From a virus (taxonomy: Duplodnaviria; Caudoviricetes), in IMG/VR virus record IMGVR_UViG_3300022666_000217, positions 1 through 49,490 of that record: a stretch of DNA of 49,490 bases. One strand, 5' to 3'. The first letter of the stretch is position 1; each line of letters opens with the position of its first letter. Shown in pieces: positions 7,448-17,993 of the stretch. A program made the translations under genes and the position numbers. Below the pieces are notes generated by a model that saw only the letters and a program-made list of their open reading frames with translations, did not search any database and had not been told where the DNA came from.

Positions 7448-8854
7448 ATGTCAGGCTACGTTGCCTTAACCAGCTACGCCGACCGGATACAGGTTCTTAA
7501 TGATATCCAGTCGATAATCACCCTCATGAGAACGTGGAACAATGATGCTCAGCGGGTGGAGCAATACCTTAGTACTGAAGGCCTCGACGATGCTACGATA
7601 CAGCAGAATATAGCGAACGCCCTTCGAGGTATGGGCCCTGGCACGGATTTAACAACCAGCAATTACTTCAATCAGTATCTGAAGAGCAATATCGACGGTA
7701 ACTTTAATACTGCCGACCACCGCTATTGGCTCCCTAGTGATCCCACTCTTCCCTACAGCAGGGGTCTTAGCTGGACGCATAGTTATCCTAATCCAGTGAA
7801 GATAAAAACAAGAGAGACCGAGTCTTTCTTCATGAGTCCTGGAAACTCGGCCCTCGCTGTTGCGAGGAACCTCTATTGGAGCGATACTACTCCGATAGCC
7901 GAAAAGGGTACTACTATCCCGCTATACCACACTGGCCCTCGAGGTGCAACTTACACGCAAGCGGCCACGGGATTAAGTAACGTCGATCCTTACTTCGCTG
8001 TCAATCCGATATCCACTAACTATAACCTGGGCACTAATTGGACAGCCTCGACTACTTACCATACGATCTCAGCCAGCGGAGCTGAGACCGCCCATGTTGT
8101 GGAGACAATCGGGGCTAAGGTAACCACGGCAACAAGATACGACGTTTATATCAAAGTCGATTCTATCTCTGCAGGTGGGTTCAAAGTAATGCAGGGAGGC
8201 AATGAGTTTCAAGATGCCGCGACTCCAGCTAACGCGAAGACAGCAGATACTGCAGGCTGGCATTGGTTTTCTGGTCTTACTAGTGGGACAGGGCAATTCA
8301 GTATAGTCCCCACCTCTACCTTAACCTGTACTATATCTGAGATTAAGATATCTCCTCGGTTTGCCTCTAAAACTCCCTACTACGGCTCAAGCACAGTCGG
8401 ATGGGCAGAAGAGGCTGCCTCGGGAAGAACAACTCAAGACAACTGTTCTTTCATCGCTGCTAGAAAGATGGCGCAGAGGACGGTAACAACACCTTCTGGG
8501 AAGCCACAACCTCAGGTAACCTTATCAGGTTACCCCTTCTCCGACTTCAAAGAAGACACCTCCTATAACAACGACGACGTAAACTGGGACGGAGATATCA
8601 TCGAGATAGTCGGAGGTCCGCCAGACACTTCCCACTACGCGATAGTGAGGGAAGTACTCTGGGACCCGATATCCCTGCGAAGGGGCGCTGCTATTCGCGT
8701 CCAGCAGCTCTACGATACAGGAACTTCCGTCTTGCTTAAAAGCCTGAGCTATCCGGTCACTGTCTATGAACCCACAGAGCCAGAACCGACAAACGCTTAC
8801 TTCGACTGTGCAGGTATGCAGATCTTCCGTCGCTTCACCTATGTGAGAACCTGA
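7448..8854 (+). CDS. Putative virion structural protein
   Basis: 468 aa, T/S/Y-rich beta-type composition; TGATG coupling to TerL. Confidence 0.55.
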   Translation: MSGYVALTSYADRIQVLNDIQSIITLMRTWNNDAQRVEQYLSTEGLDDATIQQNIANALRGMGPGTDLTTSNYFNQYLKSNIDGNFNTADHRYWLPSDPTLPYSRGLSWTHSYPNPVKIKTRETESFFMSPGNSALAVARNLYWSDTTPIAEKGTTIPLYHTGPRGATYTQAATGLSNVDPYFAVNPISTNYNLGTNWTASTTYHTISASGAETAHVVETIGAKVTTATRYDVYIKVDSISAGGFKVMQGGNEFQDAATPANAKTADTAGWHWFSGLTSGTGQFSIVPTSTLTCTISEIKISPRFASKTPYYGSSTVGWAEEAASGRTTQDNCSFIAARKMAQRTVTTPSGKPQPQVTLSGYPFSDFKEDTSYNNDDVNWDGDIIEIVGGPPDTSHYAIVREVLWDPISLRRGAAIRVQQLYDTGTSVLLKSLSYPVTVYEPTEPEPTNAYFDCAGMQIFRRFTYVRT

Positions 8855-10332
8855 TGGAGCTTCTAGCACAGGACCCAATGCTGCAGGGTGTACTAGCAGC
8901 CTGTAGTAGAAGCCTCAAGGCTACGGCTACGGCTCTCTTCCCTGAACGATTCACGCGTCCCTTCAGCTCTTTGCATCGAGAGCTCTTTCGATACATCGAC
9001 GATCCTTCTATACAGCGGTTAGTAATAGCCGCTCCTCGTGGCTTCGGGAAGACTAGTATAGTCAATCTAGCCCTTCCTGCTAAGGCTCTGCTCTTTCGCG
9101 AGAAAAAGTTCATAGTCCCTGTCAGCTGTAGTAGCTCCTCTGCCGAGATGCAGTCGGAGAACCTGAAGCTGGAACTTAAGACAAACGCTATGATAAGGAA
9201 GCTCTTCGGCCAGATAGAGCCGGAAAGCCGAGACCACCCCTTCGGGAAGGAGTTCTGGACCACTCCTTGGGGTTCTGCAGTTATGCCTAGAGGTCGAGGT
9301 CAGCAGGTTCGTGGCCTTCTCTATGGTAACTATCGTCCCGATCTTATCATAGTCGACGACCTTGAAGACTCCGAGGAGGTTCGGAGCGAGGAACAGAGGG
9401 CGAAGGTTAAGCAGTGGTTCTTCTCTGACCTCTGTAATGCTATAGACAGGGGTAGTAAAGACTGGAAAATCATCGTAATTGGCACTGTCTTACATGAAGC
9501 TGGGCTTCTGGAAGAGCTGCTCAAGGATGAAAACTGGGCTAGTATTCGCCTCAGCCTATGCGATGACCAGTATAAGAGCTTCTGGCCTGACTATATGAGC
9601 GACGCGGAGGTTCTGACTCTTGTAAATCAGTACAAGAAACAGGGTCTGCTCGACGTTTTCTACCGAGAGTTCCGGAATATGGCGGTGGCCACGGAAGACG
9701 CCTGCTTCACTCAGCACATGTTTCACCCTTATGATGAGACAAAGATTGATAAGAAGCAGCTCGAAACCTTCATAATCGTCGATCCAGCCAAATCTGTCAA
9801 GCTTCATAGCGCAGACAGCGCTCTCTTAGCCTGGGGAATAGATGTAGAGAATAGAAGAATCCTCATTCGGGACGCTGTGAGCGAGAAACTTCGCCCAGAT
9901 CAGCTCTACGAGCGCATGTTTAATATGGCTGACTATTGGAAAGCCCATACTGTGGCCTATGAAGTGACAGGTTTGGATGACTACATTACCTACCCTATTC
10001 GAGATTTCATGCTCAGAACAGGTAGATCAGTGGTTCTTAGGGAGCTGAGGGCCAAGGGGAAGAAAGAAGACAGGATTGCTTGGCTGGCTCCCTTCTATCG
10101 GCAGGGAATTATCCATCATAATCCTGCAGTTTGCGGCGCTTTGGAGGCTCAACTACTCTCCTTCCCGGCGTCGGAGAAGTGGGACCTCATGGACTGTGCT
10201 GCCTACGGCATCCTGCTCATGCAAGAAGGCGGACACTACCCTGATTTTCTCGATAATGGTAGAGACTATGTCGAAAATGCAGAAGATGAGGATCTAGTAA
10301 TGCAGGATTTGGGCTCCTGGCGGTGTATTTAA
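8854..10332 (+). CDS. terL: Terminase large subunit
   Basis: Walker A APRGFGKT, Walker B IIVDDLED, VIGT coupling motif, nuclease IIVDPA and DLMD. Confidence 0.95.
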   Translation: MELLAQDPMLQGVLAACSRSLKATATALFPERFTRPFSSLHRELFRYIDDPSIQRLVIAAPRGFGKTSIVNLALPAKALLFREKKFIVPVSCSSSSAEMQSENLKLELKTNAMIRKLFGQIEPESRDHPFGKEFWTTPWGSAVMPRGRGQQVRGLLYGNYRPDLIIVDDLEDSEEVRSEEQRAKVKQWFFSDLCNAIDRGSKDWKIIVIGTVLHEAGLLEELLKDENWASIRLSLCDDQYKSFWPDYMSDAEVLTLVNQYKKQGLLDVFYREFRNMAVATEDACFTQHMFHPYDETKIDKKQLETFIIVDPAKSVKLHSADSALLAWGIDVENRRILIRDAVSEKLRPDQLYERMFNMADYWKAHTVAYEVTGLDDYITYPIRDFMLRTGRSVVLRELRAKGKKEDRIAWLAPFYRQGIIHHNPAVCGALEAQLLSFPASEKWDLMDCAAYGILLMQEGGHYPDFLDNGRDYVENAEDEDLVMQDLGSWRCI

Positions 10333-10338
10333 TCCAGG

Positions 10339-10355
10339 CGTAAGATAATCTTACA
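10339..10355. promoter_or_regulatory. Palindromic box 5 CGTAAGATAATCTTACA
   Basis: One mismatch; between the TerL stop and the tail fibre RBS. Confidence 0.8.
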
Positions 10356-10366
10356 AGAGGAATAGG

Positions 10367-13300
10367 ATGATACACTACTTTTGGATAGGAACTGAGGGAC
10401 CTTTCTCCTTTGACGATAGTCTAGACGTCACTGGAGATCAAGGACATCTTGCTAACCAGGGACTCTGGGCGCCTGCTCCTTTGCAAGTAGCCTCAGAAAC
10501 GAATAGTAATCCTAGCTGGTGGCCGACACAGCCTGGACACTTTGTCCACAAGGCTTATATTGATAGCCGAGCCAGTGCAGTTCTTGCTAGTCTGACTGAC
10601 TATTGGACTAAAACAGAGCATGTCTGGAAGCTTAACGCTGGCACTCCCAACTATCACTCCTACGTAACCCTGTCTGACTACACCCAGCTGCTATGTCGCC
10701 CTGTTGCTACGGATAAATCGACAGGAATGATCCACGCTTCCCTTATTCCAGCCGGTGCTGGAGGCGGAGCGAGCTATTTCTATGAGCTAAATGATGCCCT
10801 AGACTATACAATCCTCGATCCGAGCAATTATGACGGCTATCTTGTCCAGATAGTCGATACTGAAGTCGAACCTCACCTAATATACACCGAGCCGAAGGCC
10901 GCAGTTAGCGCCGTCGACCTTGTAGCGGCTGGTCCTCTCATACTAGAGGTCAACAGTGGCGACGTTAGTAGTGTCACCGATGCTGTCATGGGCGACGGGA
11001 CTCATTCAATAACGATAAAGCTGGACCCCTCCGGCTCAATCGGGGATGTTATAACCACCTTAGCTGGGCCGACAGTAGGGTGGGCAGCTCCTGCTGAGAC
11101 TGGTGCGGAGACTTTCCTTGAGCTGACGGATACTCCTGCTACGTATACCGATGCTGCGGGGCAGATACCTGTTGTGAACTCGGGAGAAACAGCACTAGAA
11201 TTCATCGACCCTGGTACCTGGCACGAGGCTGAGCTCCTAGGCGAGGGAATAGTGCACGTAGAAGGAGCTGCTGGTGATTATCCTCCTCTATGGGGATCAA
11301 GTGCGAATGATGTAACAGTATCTCTGCTTCCTGGCGACGTGAATACTATGCTAGTGTCCTCGGGAGATCCAGTAGCGATATCCTGGACGCCGATCTCCAG
11401 CATAGTAGTAGAGCCCACGCATACGGGAGTTATTGCTGGTTCAACTTTTATCGACGTGTCTAACGTAGCGGGAACCCTCTGGGGTAGCAGTAACGTCACA
11501 ATATCCCTGATTCCTTCCACTAATGGGCTAACCCACGTTCTATATAGCTCAGGTAATCCTGCAGCAGTAGCCTGGGGAGCCCTGCCTTTAGCTGGACTAG
11601 CCGCAGGATCTAGTGGACAGACGCTTCGATACGTCTCGAGTTGGGAAGCCACTTCGGTTCTGACCAGCACAGACGCTGCGGTCTATGTGACCTCAGCAAA
11701 CACAGGGAATACCTTCTATGTAGACCGTGCAAACGACATCACCTACATGCAAGGGAAGAACTCCTACGCGACCCTGAGTGGGACTGAACTGGTCACAAAC
11801 GGGACCTTCGTTTCAGATATCAGTGGTTGGACCGATGCTGATGGTCACTGGTCATGGGATGCTAGTGGAAAAGCGAAGCACACGGCTGGTACCGGCCACA
11901 CAGGAACACTTTCTCAGTCTATTACTCTTACCCAGTATACCTACTACTCCGTGACCTTCACAACTTCTGGAAGAACGGCAGGTGGCGTAGCAATTTCCAT
12001 AGCAGGCCAAAAACTTCTCAGAGGTACTACTTTTGACAACTACAATGGAAACACAACTTACACGGCTGCTTTCTATTATTCTTCTGCAACTGGCTCTCAG
12101 TCTATAGTATTTACTCCAGACGCTACTTGGGACGGAATGCTAGATGATATATCAGTGCAATCTGTTACGAGTAATAGCTCTATCGTCAGGCTTCGGGATT
12201 CAACTGGATCTAATGCAGTTTATATTTCTGCTTACGACACAGCGGGGCAACTTAGTATAGGGAACGTAGCAGGAACAAGGCAACTCTCAAGTGCTTCCAA
12301 CAATGTATTCCTTGGAAAGTATGCTGGGTTAGCCAATGTAAGAGGGAGTGCTAACACTTTTGTGGGTGTTCAGGCTGGGCAGGCTAATTTATATGGAGCG
12401 CAAAATACTTATATTGGATATATGAGTGGTTACTCCACAACACAGGCATATTATAATACTGGAATAGGGTCTACTGCCCTGGTTTACAATACCACTGGAT
12501 ATGCGAATACTGCTGTTGGTCGCGGCGCTGGTTATAACATCAGCAGTGGTATAGCAAACTGTGTTTTTGGTTATAGTGCTTGTAGTAATATAGAGGGCTC
12601 TGCTGGCAGTGTAACTGGATCTTATAATAACGCTTTCGGCATGTACTCATTGTATCGGATTACCACTGGGAGTCATAATGCTGGTTTTGGGTACTCCTCG
12701 CTACAACAGAATACATCTGGATTTGGAAATATTGGGATAGGATATCAGTCGGTTTTCTGTAACCAGGTTGGGCAGCATAATGTCGGGATAGGATATCAAG
12801 CTCTAAGAGGGGACGCTACAAACTGTAACGTCTATTATAATGTTGCTATTGGCAGAGGCTCGCTTTATCCTATTACATGTACTACTGGAACAGAAGGTTA
12901 TGCTAACACAGCAGTTGGATATTACTCTGGTAACCAGACTACGACTGGTTATGGTAACATCTTTCTTGGTTATAAGGCTGGGGAGGCTACTACTACAGGC
13001 TATCACAACATCGTCATCGGTTATGATATAGACACCTCCTCAGCCTCGGCCAGTTACGAACTCAACATCGGTGGTGCTATCAAGGGAAATCTCTCGGCTG
13101 GGGTAAAGAGTGTTGAGATAGTCGGAGCTCTTAAGACTGACAGCCATATAGAAATAGCCCAGATATCCGAGCCAAGTCCCTATACTGACAAGCTCTACAA
13201 CGTAGGTGGGACTCTTAAGTGGAACGGCTCGGCCTTGAGTACTAGCGGAGGTACTCTTGGCGGCACTATCTCTGTAAACAAGGTGCCTTACTGCTCAGTA

Positions 13301-16300
13301 GCGAACTCAACCCTCGCGGATTCCTATATCACGCATACTTCCTCCCCAGTGGGTATAGCCGTACAGGGATCTGTTAATATAACAGGTGGAGCTAGTGGAA
13401 ACTGCTATATCGAGTTTGACCAGCAGACTGGGCCTGCTATAACTACCGACAGACTATACAATGTGGCTGGAACCCTGTACTGGAACGGGAATCCTTTGAG
13501 CACTGCCTCCGGGGAAATAACAGGTACAGGCGTCCAGAACGACTTCGCCCTATGGAATGACACATCTACGCTAACCACTAGTATCCTAAAGCAGCCTTCT
13601 ACTTCTCTGGTCCAGGTAAAAGGTGGGATGCAGATCAGTGGTATCGATGCTACGACTAAGAGCACTTGGTTAATAATCGACCAAGATACTGCACCTGATA
13701 CTAAGACAAACACCCTGTACAATGTATCAGGAGGCCTATACTGGAACAATATCCGTCTAGACATAGGCAGTGGTATTGGCGACATAACCACGCTCCCCTC
13801 TGGAGTCCTTACCGTAACTGACGGAGGTACTGGAGCAGTACTGGCCGACACAGAGATATCCATAGTAGGAGCTGCTGGAGAAGCAATAGCCCTGCTTACG
13901 AGCACTCCTGGTACACCATCCCCGACAGTAACCTGGGAGACCCTGGATAGTCTAGGCATAGTCACGGATATAACACCATCAGCTCTGACTATAGCCGCAG
14001 GCTGCGACGACATTCTTAGCCTATCTGGTACGCCTAATACAGCCCTCCTAGAATCAGTCTCAATAGGTCTAGTAAGTGCTGGAGCCGGAGCCTATAAGTT
14101 TGTCGGAAGTGCTAACGGCACTATTGGGTACTATAATGTGCTCGACTTCCTAGACATAGTGAAGGGATCTCTAACCTATGTTACTGAGAGCACTAATACC
14201 TTAACTTTCTCTAAAGTAACCCTCACCTCAGCAGCCGATGTAACTGGTATACTACCTGTGGCTAATGGGGGCACTAATAACGCTACATGGTCGAATAATG
14301 AAGTAGTCTATGCCAGTAGTAGCACGGTCTTTGATGGAGTGCCAGTTAATACCTCGCCTACTGCTATAAAAGGTCTGACTCAGATAAACAGTGGTATTCC
14401 TACTTGGAACTCTATCGTAACCTCAGTTAGCTCTGGAAATGCAGCTATTACTGCCACTACTACGACTAGTACAGGCGCGGTATCAGTTTCTCACTGGGCT
14501 AAAGGCCCGAATACCAGTAAGGGAAGTAGCACGAAATCAGCTACGATAACTGTTAACACCTACGGCCACGTTACTGCGTTATCTGACACCGATATAGCCT
14601 TCCCTGTGATATCAGTATCAGAGACTGGAACTAGCCCTCTGACAGTAAGTACCGTAGCTGGAGCAGTATCCATAGGCTTTGAAGCTGGAGCCGCAGACAC
14701 TATTCTCCATACTCTCGCAGCTACCCCAACCTGGTCGACTCGAGATGTAGTACTTCTTGGCTTGGATACAGCAACCAGTGGCTTTGTCAAGCACACCGCA
14801 GCCAACACGTATACAGTGGATACCAGCACTGGTACGATACATCCTGCTCTATCTGTAACAGAGAGTCAGTCCTACGTATCGTTTACAGCAGGAACTCAGG
14901 TTCTTACTTTTGGTGCTGTTAACTTAACCTCAGATGTGACTAGTACCTTACCAGTAGCTTCTGGAGGAACTGCGAAAACAAGCTGGAATCAATACGGTAT
15001 AGTCTATGCCTCTAACGCTACTACTTTAGCTGATACTAGAAACACAGCTGCCTTACTTAAAGCTCTAACCATGACAGGAACTGGAGCAGCTGGAGGTACC
15101 CCAGGCTGGAGTTCTAACGATGAGCTCTTAGGCTTATCTAGCACTGGCTTTGTGAAGAGAACAGCTGCTAATACATACACAGCGGCTAACTTAACTGCCA
15201 CAGACCTCCCGTCTGGTGTAGTAACTCCTGGAGTCTATGGTAGCTCCTCGGTAGTTCCTGTGATAACTGTAGACACCTATGGTAGGATAACGGCAGTAGT
15301 AAATACTAGTATTGCAGGACTTAATACCTCGGTGCTCTCCTCAGGAACCTTAGCGATAAATCGAGGTGGCACTGGTAATAATGCCTATGATACTCATGGC
15401 AGTATCATATACTATGACAGTGTAAATACCAAGTTGGCTCGATTAGTGCCAGGGGCTAGTAATTATATCTGCACCAGTGGAGGCCTATCCTCTCCTCCAA
15501 GTTGGGTGGCCAGCTTAACAGTAGGCCAGGGTGGTACTGGGCAGACCTCCTATTCGGTGGGAGATATGCTCTATGCCTCAGGAACGACTACTCTAAGCAA
15601 GTTGGCGATATCCTCAGGTCAATTCCTCTACTCTGGAGCCACGGCTCCTGCTTGGCGGACCTTCGATACCTGTATGGGATTTTCAGGTTCTGATCTTGGT
15701 TTCGTGAAAAAGACTGGAGTTAACACCTATATTATTGATACCTCGACAGGAACCATACATCCTGCTGTCGGATCAATAGTTGGAGAAACCTATATCTCGA
15801 TAAACACAGGTACACAGGTTATTACTGCTAGTAAGGTAAACCTGGGGTCTCAAGTCACTGGAACGCTTCCGGTGAGTCGAGGAGGGACTGGGCAGACCAC
15901 CTTAGCATCGGGACATCTGCTTGTGGGAAATGGAACTAGTGGAATCAGTACCCTTTCTTATGGATCTTTCCAATCTTACTGGGTAGTTCGGGTGAATCCA
16001 ACTGGAAGTGCATTCGAGGTTGGACCAGTTCAGTTAGATTCTATGGGAGTAACTGGAACACTTCCGCAGAGCTATGGGGGTACTGGTTTTAGCACTTATA
16101 CGACCGGAAACATTCTGTATGCTAGTAGCACGAACGTACTCTCGAAGCTGGCCAAGGGCACTGCGTACCAAGTACTCCGGATGAAGAGTGATGCTTCCAA
16201 CGTAGAGTGGGGAGCAGTAAAGCTTGACTCTGCGAATGCAGTCACTGGGAATCTTCCGCTAGGGAATGGAGGAACTAATGCATCGTTATCTCCAAGCAAT

Positions 16301-16990
16301 GGTCAGGTAGCTTATTCAACAACTACAGCCTTGGCACTGACCACGGGTGGAAGTAATGGTCAGTTTCTCAAGCGAGTTGAGGGTGGAGCTCCTGTTTGGG
16401 ACAGCGTTACAGCGGAGTTTTATGAGCCTGATTCTCCTTATATCGAGATTGTGCAAAGTGGTTCTGATTATGAATCGAGTGGATGGTGGTGTCCAGGAGC
16501 GGATGCAGAGAGTGTTCAATCTTCTGGTTGGATTCGTGATCGTAATAGTGGGGCAATGGTTCATGCAGGAGATGAGGGTCAGTCTATCTCCTTTATGCTT
16601 TCGTGTCCCTACACCGGTATAGGTACTGTTCTCAAAGAGATATCCGTGGCAGTTAAATGGGGAGACTCCTCAAACAGAGTCAGTATTGCTCTGTTTGGTG
16701 TCTCTAATACAACGGTCCAAGCTTCTAACGCTTTTGCCAGCTCTGGAACGTTTGAAGATCAAGCTATTGGAGCGTTTAGCACGTCTGGAAGTATCTCTAC
16801 AAAGACGTTTAACTCTGGAAGTACTCCGGGGTTGAATACAATAACCTTTGGAACTACTGAAATTGGTGGTGCTGTTATGCGAAGATTGTGGCTTGAAGTA
16901 ACTCTTTATAGAGGGGTACCAGGATCTCCTAATGACGATATTGCTATCCTGTACACCATATGGCGGTTTGAGAAGATTACATACACTTAA
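10367..16990 (+). CDS. Giant tail fibre / receptor-binding protein (2207 aa)
   Basis: G/T/S-rich; YadA-head-like NxxxG repeats, seven TLPVxxGGT-type repeats, LYNVxGxLYWN repeats, CBM-like ELVTNGTF..W segment. Confidence 0.85.
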   Translation: MIHYFWIGTEGPFSFDDSLDVTGDQGHLANQGLWAPAPLQVASETNSNPSWWPTQPGHFVHKAYIDSRASAVLASLTDYWTKTEHVWKLNAGTPNYHSYVTLSDYTQLLCRPVATDKSTGMIHASLIPAGAGGGASYFYELNDALDYTILDPSNYDGYLVQIVDTEVEPHLIYTEPKAAVSAVDLVAAGPLILEVNSGDVSSVTDAVMGDGTHSITIKLDPSGSIGDVITTLAGPTVGWAAPAETGAETFLELTDTPATYTDAAGQIPVVNSGETALEFIDPGTWHEAELLGEGIVHVEGAAGDYPPLWGSSANDVTVSLLPGDVNTMLVSSGDPVAISWTPISSIVVEPTHTGVIAGSTFIDVSNVAGTLWGSSNVTISLIPSTNGLTHVLYSSGNPAAVAWGALPLAGLAAGSSGQTLRYVSSWEATSVLTSTDAAVYVTSANTGNTFYVDRANDITYMQGKNSYATLSGTELVTNGTFVSDISGWTDADGHWSWDASGKAKHTAGTGHTGTLSQSITLTQYTYYSVTFTTSGRTAGGVAISIAGQKLLRGTTFDNYNGNTTYTAAFYYSSATGSQSIVFTPDATWDGMLDDISVQSVTSNSSIVRLRDSTGSNAVYISAYDTAGQLSIGNVAGTRQLSSASNNVFLGKYAGLANVRGSANTFVGVQAGQANLYGAQNTYIGYMSGYSTTQAYYNTGIGSTALVYNTTGYANTAVGRGAGYNISSGIANCVFGYSACSNIEGSAGSVTGSYNNAFGMYSLYRITTGSHNAGFGYSSLQQNTSGFGNIGIGYQSVFCNQVGQHNVGIGYQALRGDATNCNVYYNVAIGRGSLYPITCTTGTEGYANTAVGYYSGNQTTTGYGNIFLGYKAGEATTTGYHNIVIGYDIDTSSASASYELNIGGAIKGNLSAGVKSVEIVGALKTDSHIEIAQISEPSPYTDKLYNVGGTLKWNGSALSTSGGTLGGTISVNKVPYCSVANSTLADSYITHTSSPVGIAVQGSVNITGGASGNCYIEFDQQTGPAITTDRLYNVAGTLYWNGNPLSTASGEITGTGVQNDFALWNDTSTLTTSILKQPSTSLVQVKGGMQISGIDATTKSTWLIIDQDTAPDTKTNTLYNVSGGLYWNNIRLDIGSGIGDITTLPSGVLTVTDGGTGAVLADTEISIVGAAGEAIALLTSTPGTPSPTVTWETLDSLGIVTDITPSALTIAAGCDDILSLSGTPNTALLESVSIGLVSAGAGAYKFVGSANGTIGYYNVLDFLDIVKGSLTYVTESTNTLTFSKVTLTSAADVTGILPVANGGTNNATWSNNEVVYASSSTVFDGVPVNTSPTAIKGLTQINSGIPTWNSIVTSVSSGNAAITATTTTSTGAVSVSHWAKGPNTSKGSSTKSATITVNTYGHVTALSDTDIAFPVISVSETGTSPLTVSTVAGAVSIGFEAGAADTILHTLAATPTWSTRDVVLLGLDTATSGFVKHTAANTYTVDTSTGTIHPALSVTESQSYVSFTAGTQVLTFGAVNLTSDVTSTLPVASGGTAKTSWNQYGIVYASNATTLADTRNTAALLKALTMTGTGAAGGTPGWSSNDELLGLSSTGFVKRTAANTYTAANLTATDLPSGVVTPGVYGSSSVVPVITVDTYGRITAVVNTSIAGLNTSVLSSGTLAINRGGTGNNAYDTHGSIIYYDSVNTKLARLVPGASNYICTSGGLSSPPSWVASLTVGQGGTGQTSYSVGDMLYASGTTTLSKLAISSGQFLYSGATAPAWRTFDTCMGFSGSDLGFVKKTGVNTYIIDTSTGTIHPAVGSIVGETYISINTGTQVITASKVNLGSQVTGTLPVSRGGTGQTTLASGHLLVGNGTSGISTLSYGSFQSYWVVRVNPTGSAFEVGPVQLDSMGVTGTLPQSYGGTGFSTYTTGNILYASSTNVLSKLAKGTAYQVLRMKSDASNVEWGAVKLDSANAVTGNLPLGNGGTNASLSPSNGQVAYSTTTALALTTGGSNGQFLKRVEGGAPVWDSVTAEFYEPDSPYIEIVQSGSDYESSGWWCPGADAESVQSSGWIRDRNSGAMVHAGDEGQSISFMLSCPYTGIGTVLKEISVAVKWGDSSNRVSIALFGVSNTTVQASNAFASSGTFEDQAIGAFSTSGSISTKTFNSGSTPGLNTITFGTTEIGGAVMRRLWLEVTLYRGVPGSPNDDIAILYTIWRFEKITYT

Positions 16991-17000
16991 GGAGGAAGAG

Positions 17001-17495
17001 ATGAGAAGAGTAGTGCTGACGATAGTCCTAATCCTGCTTCTCCAAGGCTGCTACTGTAAGAGCTGCCGAGGCGAAGACAGCTGTAACGATCCTGCACCTA
17101 TACAAGTGCCAGGTCCTTACGTAGTACTGCAGATGGCTCCCTGTGGCTTTGGTCCCTCGTTGGTTCCCGACTACTTCGAGTTTAGTCTGAGAAGGTCCGA
17201 TAATAAAGAACGAACCTTCACCCTCCCTTCAGTCGAGAGCAATGGCCGAGTATATGCCAACCTCTTCGAAGCCTGTGCTTTGAGTGAGGGAGAGAATAGG
17301 CTTATATACAGGTCGAATAGCTTTAATCCTCAGATAGAACCGAGCCTGTATGATACAATCATCCTCAATTATATACCTGAACCGACGGTAACTCCTACAC
17401 CTGCACCGAAGGAAACAGCGACTCCAACGCGAACTCGACTAAGCCGCTACACGGTAACTGGTGTAGACATCCTAGATTGGCCTGGTGTAAGATAA
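17001..17495 (+). CDS. Putative lipoprotein with PT-rich linker
   Basis: Start reset to 17001 (GGAGGA RBS): MRRVVLTIVLILLLQG-C lipobox-like signal; C-terminal PTVTPTP. Confidence 0.7.
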   Translation: MRRVVLTIVLILLLQGCYCKSCRGEDSCNDPAPIQVPGPYVVLQMAPCGFGPSLVPDYFEFSLRRSDNKERTFTLPSVESNGRVYANLFEACALSEGENRLIYRSNSFNPQIEPSLYDTIILNYIPEPTVTPTPAPKETATPTRTRLSRYTVTGVDILDWPGVR

Positions 17496-17502
17496 TCTTA
17501 CG
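17486..17502. promoter_or_regulatory. Palindromic box 6 TGTAAGATAATCTTACG
   Basis: One mismatch; contains the lipoprotein stop codon. Confidence 0.8.
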
Positions 17503-17605
17503 CCTGGAAATAATGCCCACCTCACACCCACAGCATGGGTCCTCTTCCAGACTGGGGCCGAGCAATCTCGGCCCACTTTCTGGGAAGATGGCATTTATTT
17601 TATGC

Positions 17606-17634
17606 TTGCCAAGGCTAGGAAAATATGCTATAGT
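17606..17634 (+). promoter_or_regulatory. Sigma70-type promoter
   Basis: TTGCCA-N17-TATAGT with the same TATGCTATAG context as the other two promoters. Confidence 0.7.
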
Positions 17635-17654
17635 CTCGAAAATTAGGAGATATC

Positions 17655-17993
17655 ATGCTCGATAGAGAAGTGTGGTGCGACGCATTAGAGAAGCTCGGTA
17701 CAGATAAGGTACTAGCTCTCGTAAGTATTACAGGACCTGAAAAACTGCAGTCTGTGTTGGAACTTGAGCTTGGAGCTCACGCCGCGGCTAAGATGCTAGA
17801 AGCAGCTCAGGTAAAGCAGAGGTATATCTCCGCTCTGCTTTCCGCTGACAGTGCTGAACTGGCTCCTGAAATAGTATCTGCCCGGCACAAACTCATCCCT
17901 ATTGTTGAAGCAGCTGAGCCTGCCCCGAGCAATATTTTGACCGAGGAGCCGTTTAATGCCCCAGATCCCGAAATACACCTGCGTGAACCCTGA
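17655..17993 (+). CDS. Hypothetical protein
   Basis: 112 aa, AGGAGA RBS. Confidence 0.7.
   Translation: MLDREVWCDALEKLGTDKVLALVSITGPEKLQSVLELELGAHAAAKMLEAAQVKQRYISALLSADSAELAPEIVSARHKLIPIVEAAEPAPSNILTEEPFNAPDPEIHLREP

Noticed and set aside
10367-16990. Diversity-generating retroelement acting on the tail fibre
   Set aside because: No reverse transcriptase and no adenine-variant template/variable repeat pair seen; the internal repeats are diverged protein-level repeats
17477-17665. Recurrent CKIxLHLEI peptide in several ORF translations (also at 26140, 3556, 26094 and the ligase extension)
   Set aside because: It is simply the translation of the DNA box, not a protein motif; this ORF also overlaps a promoter
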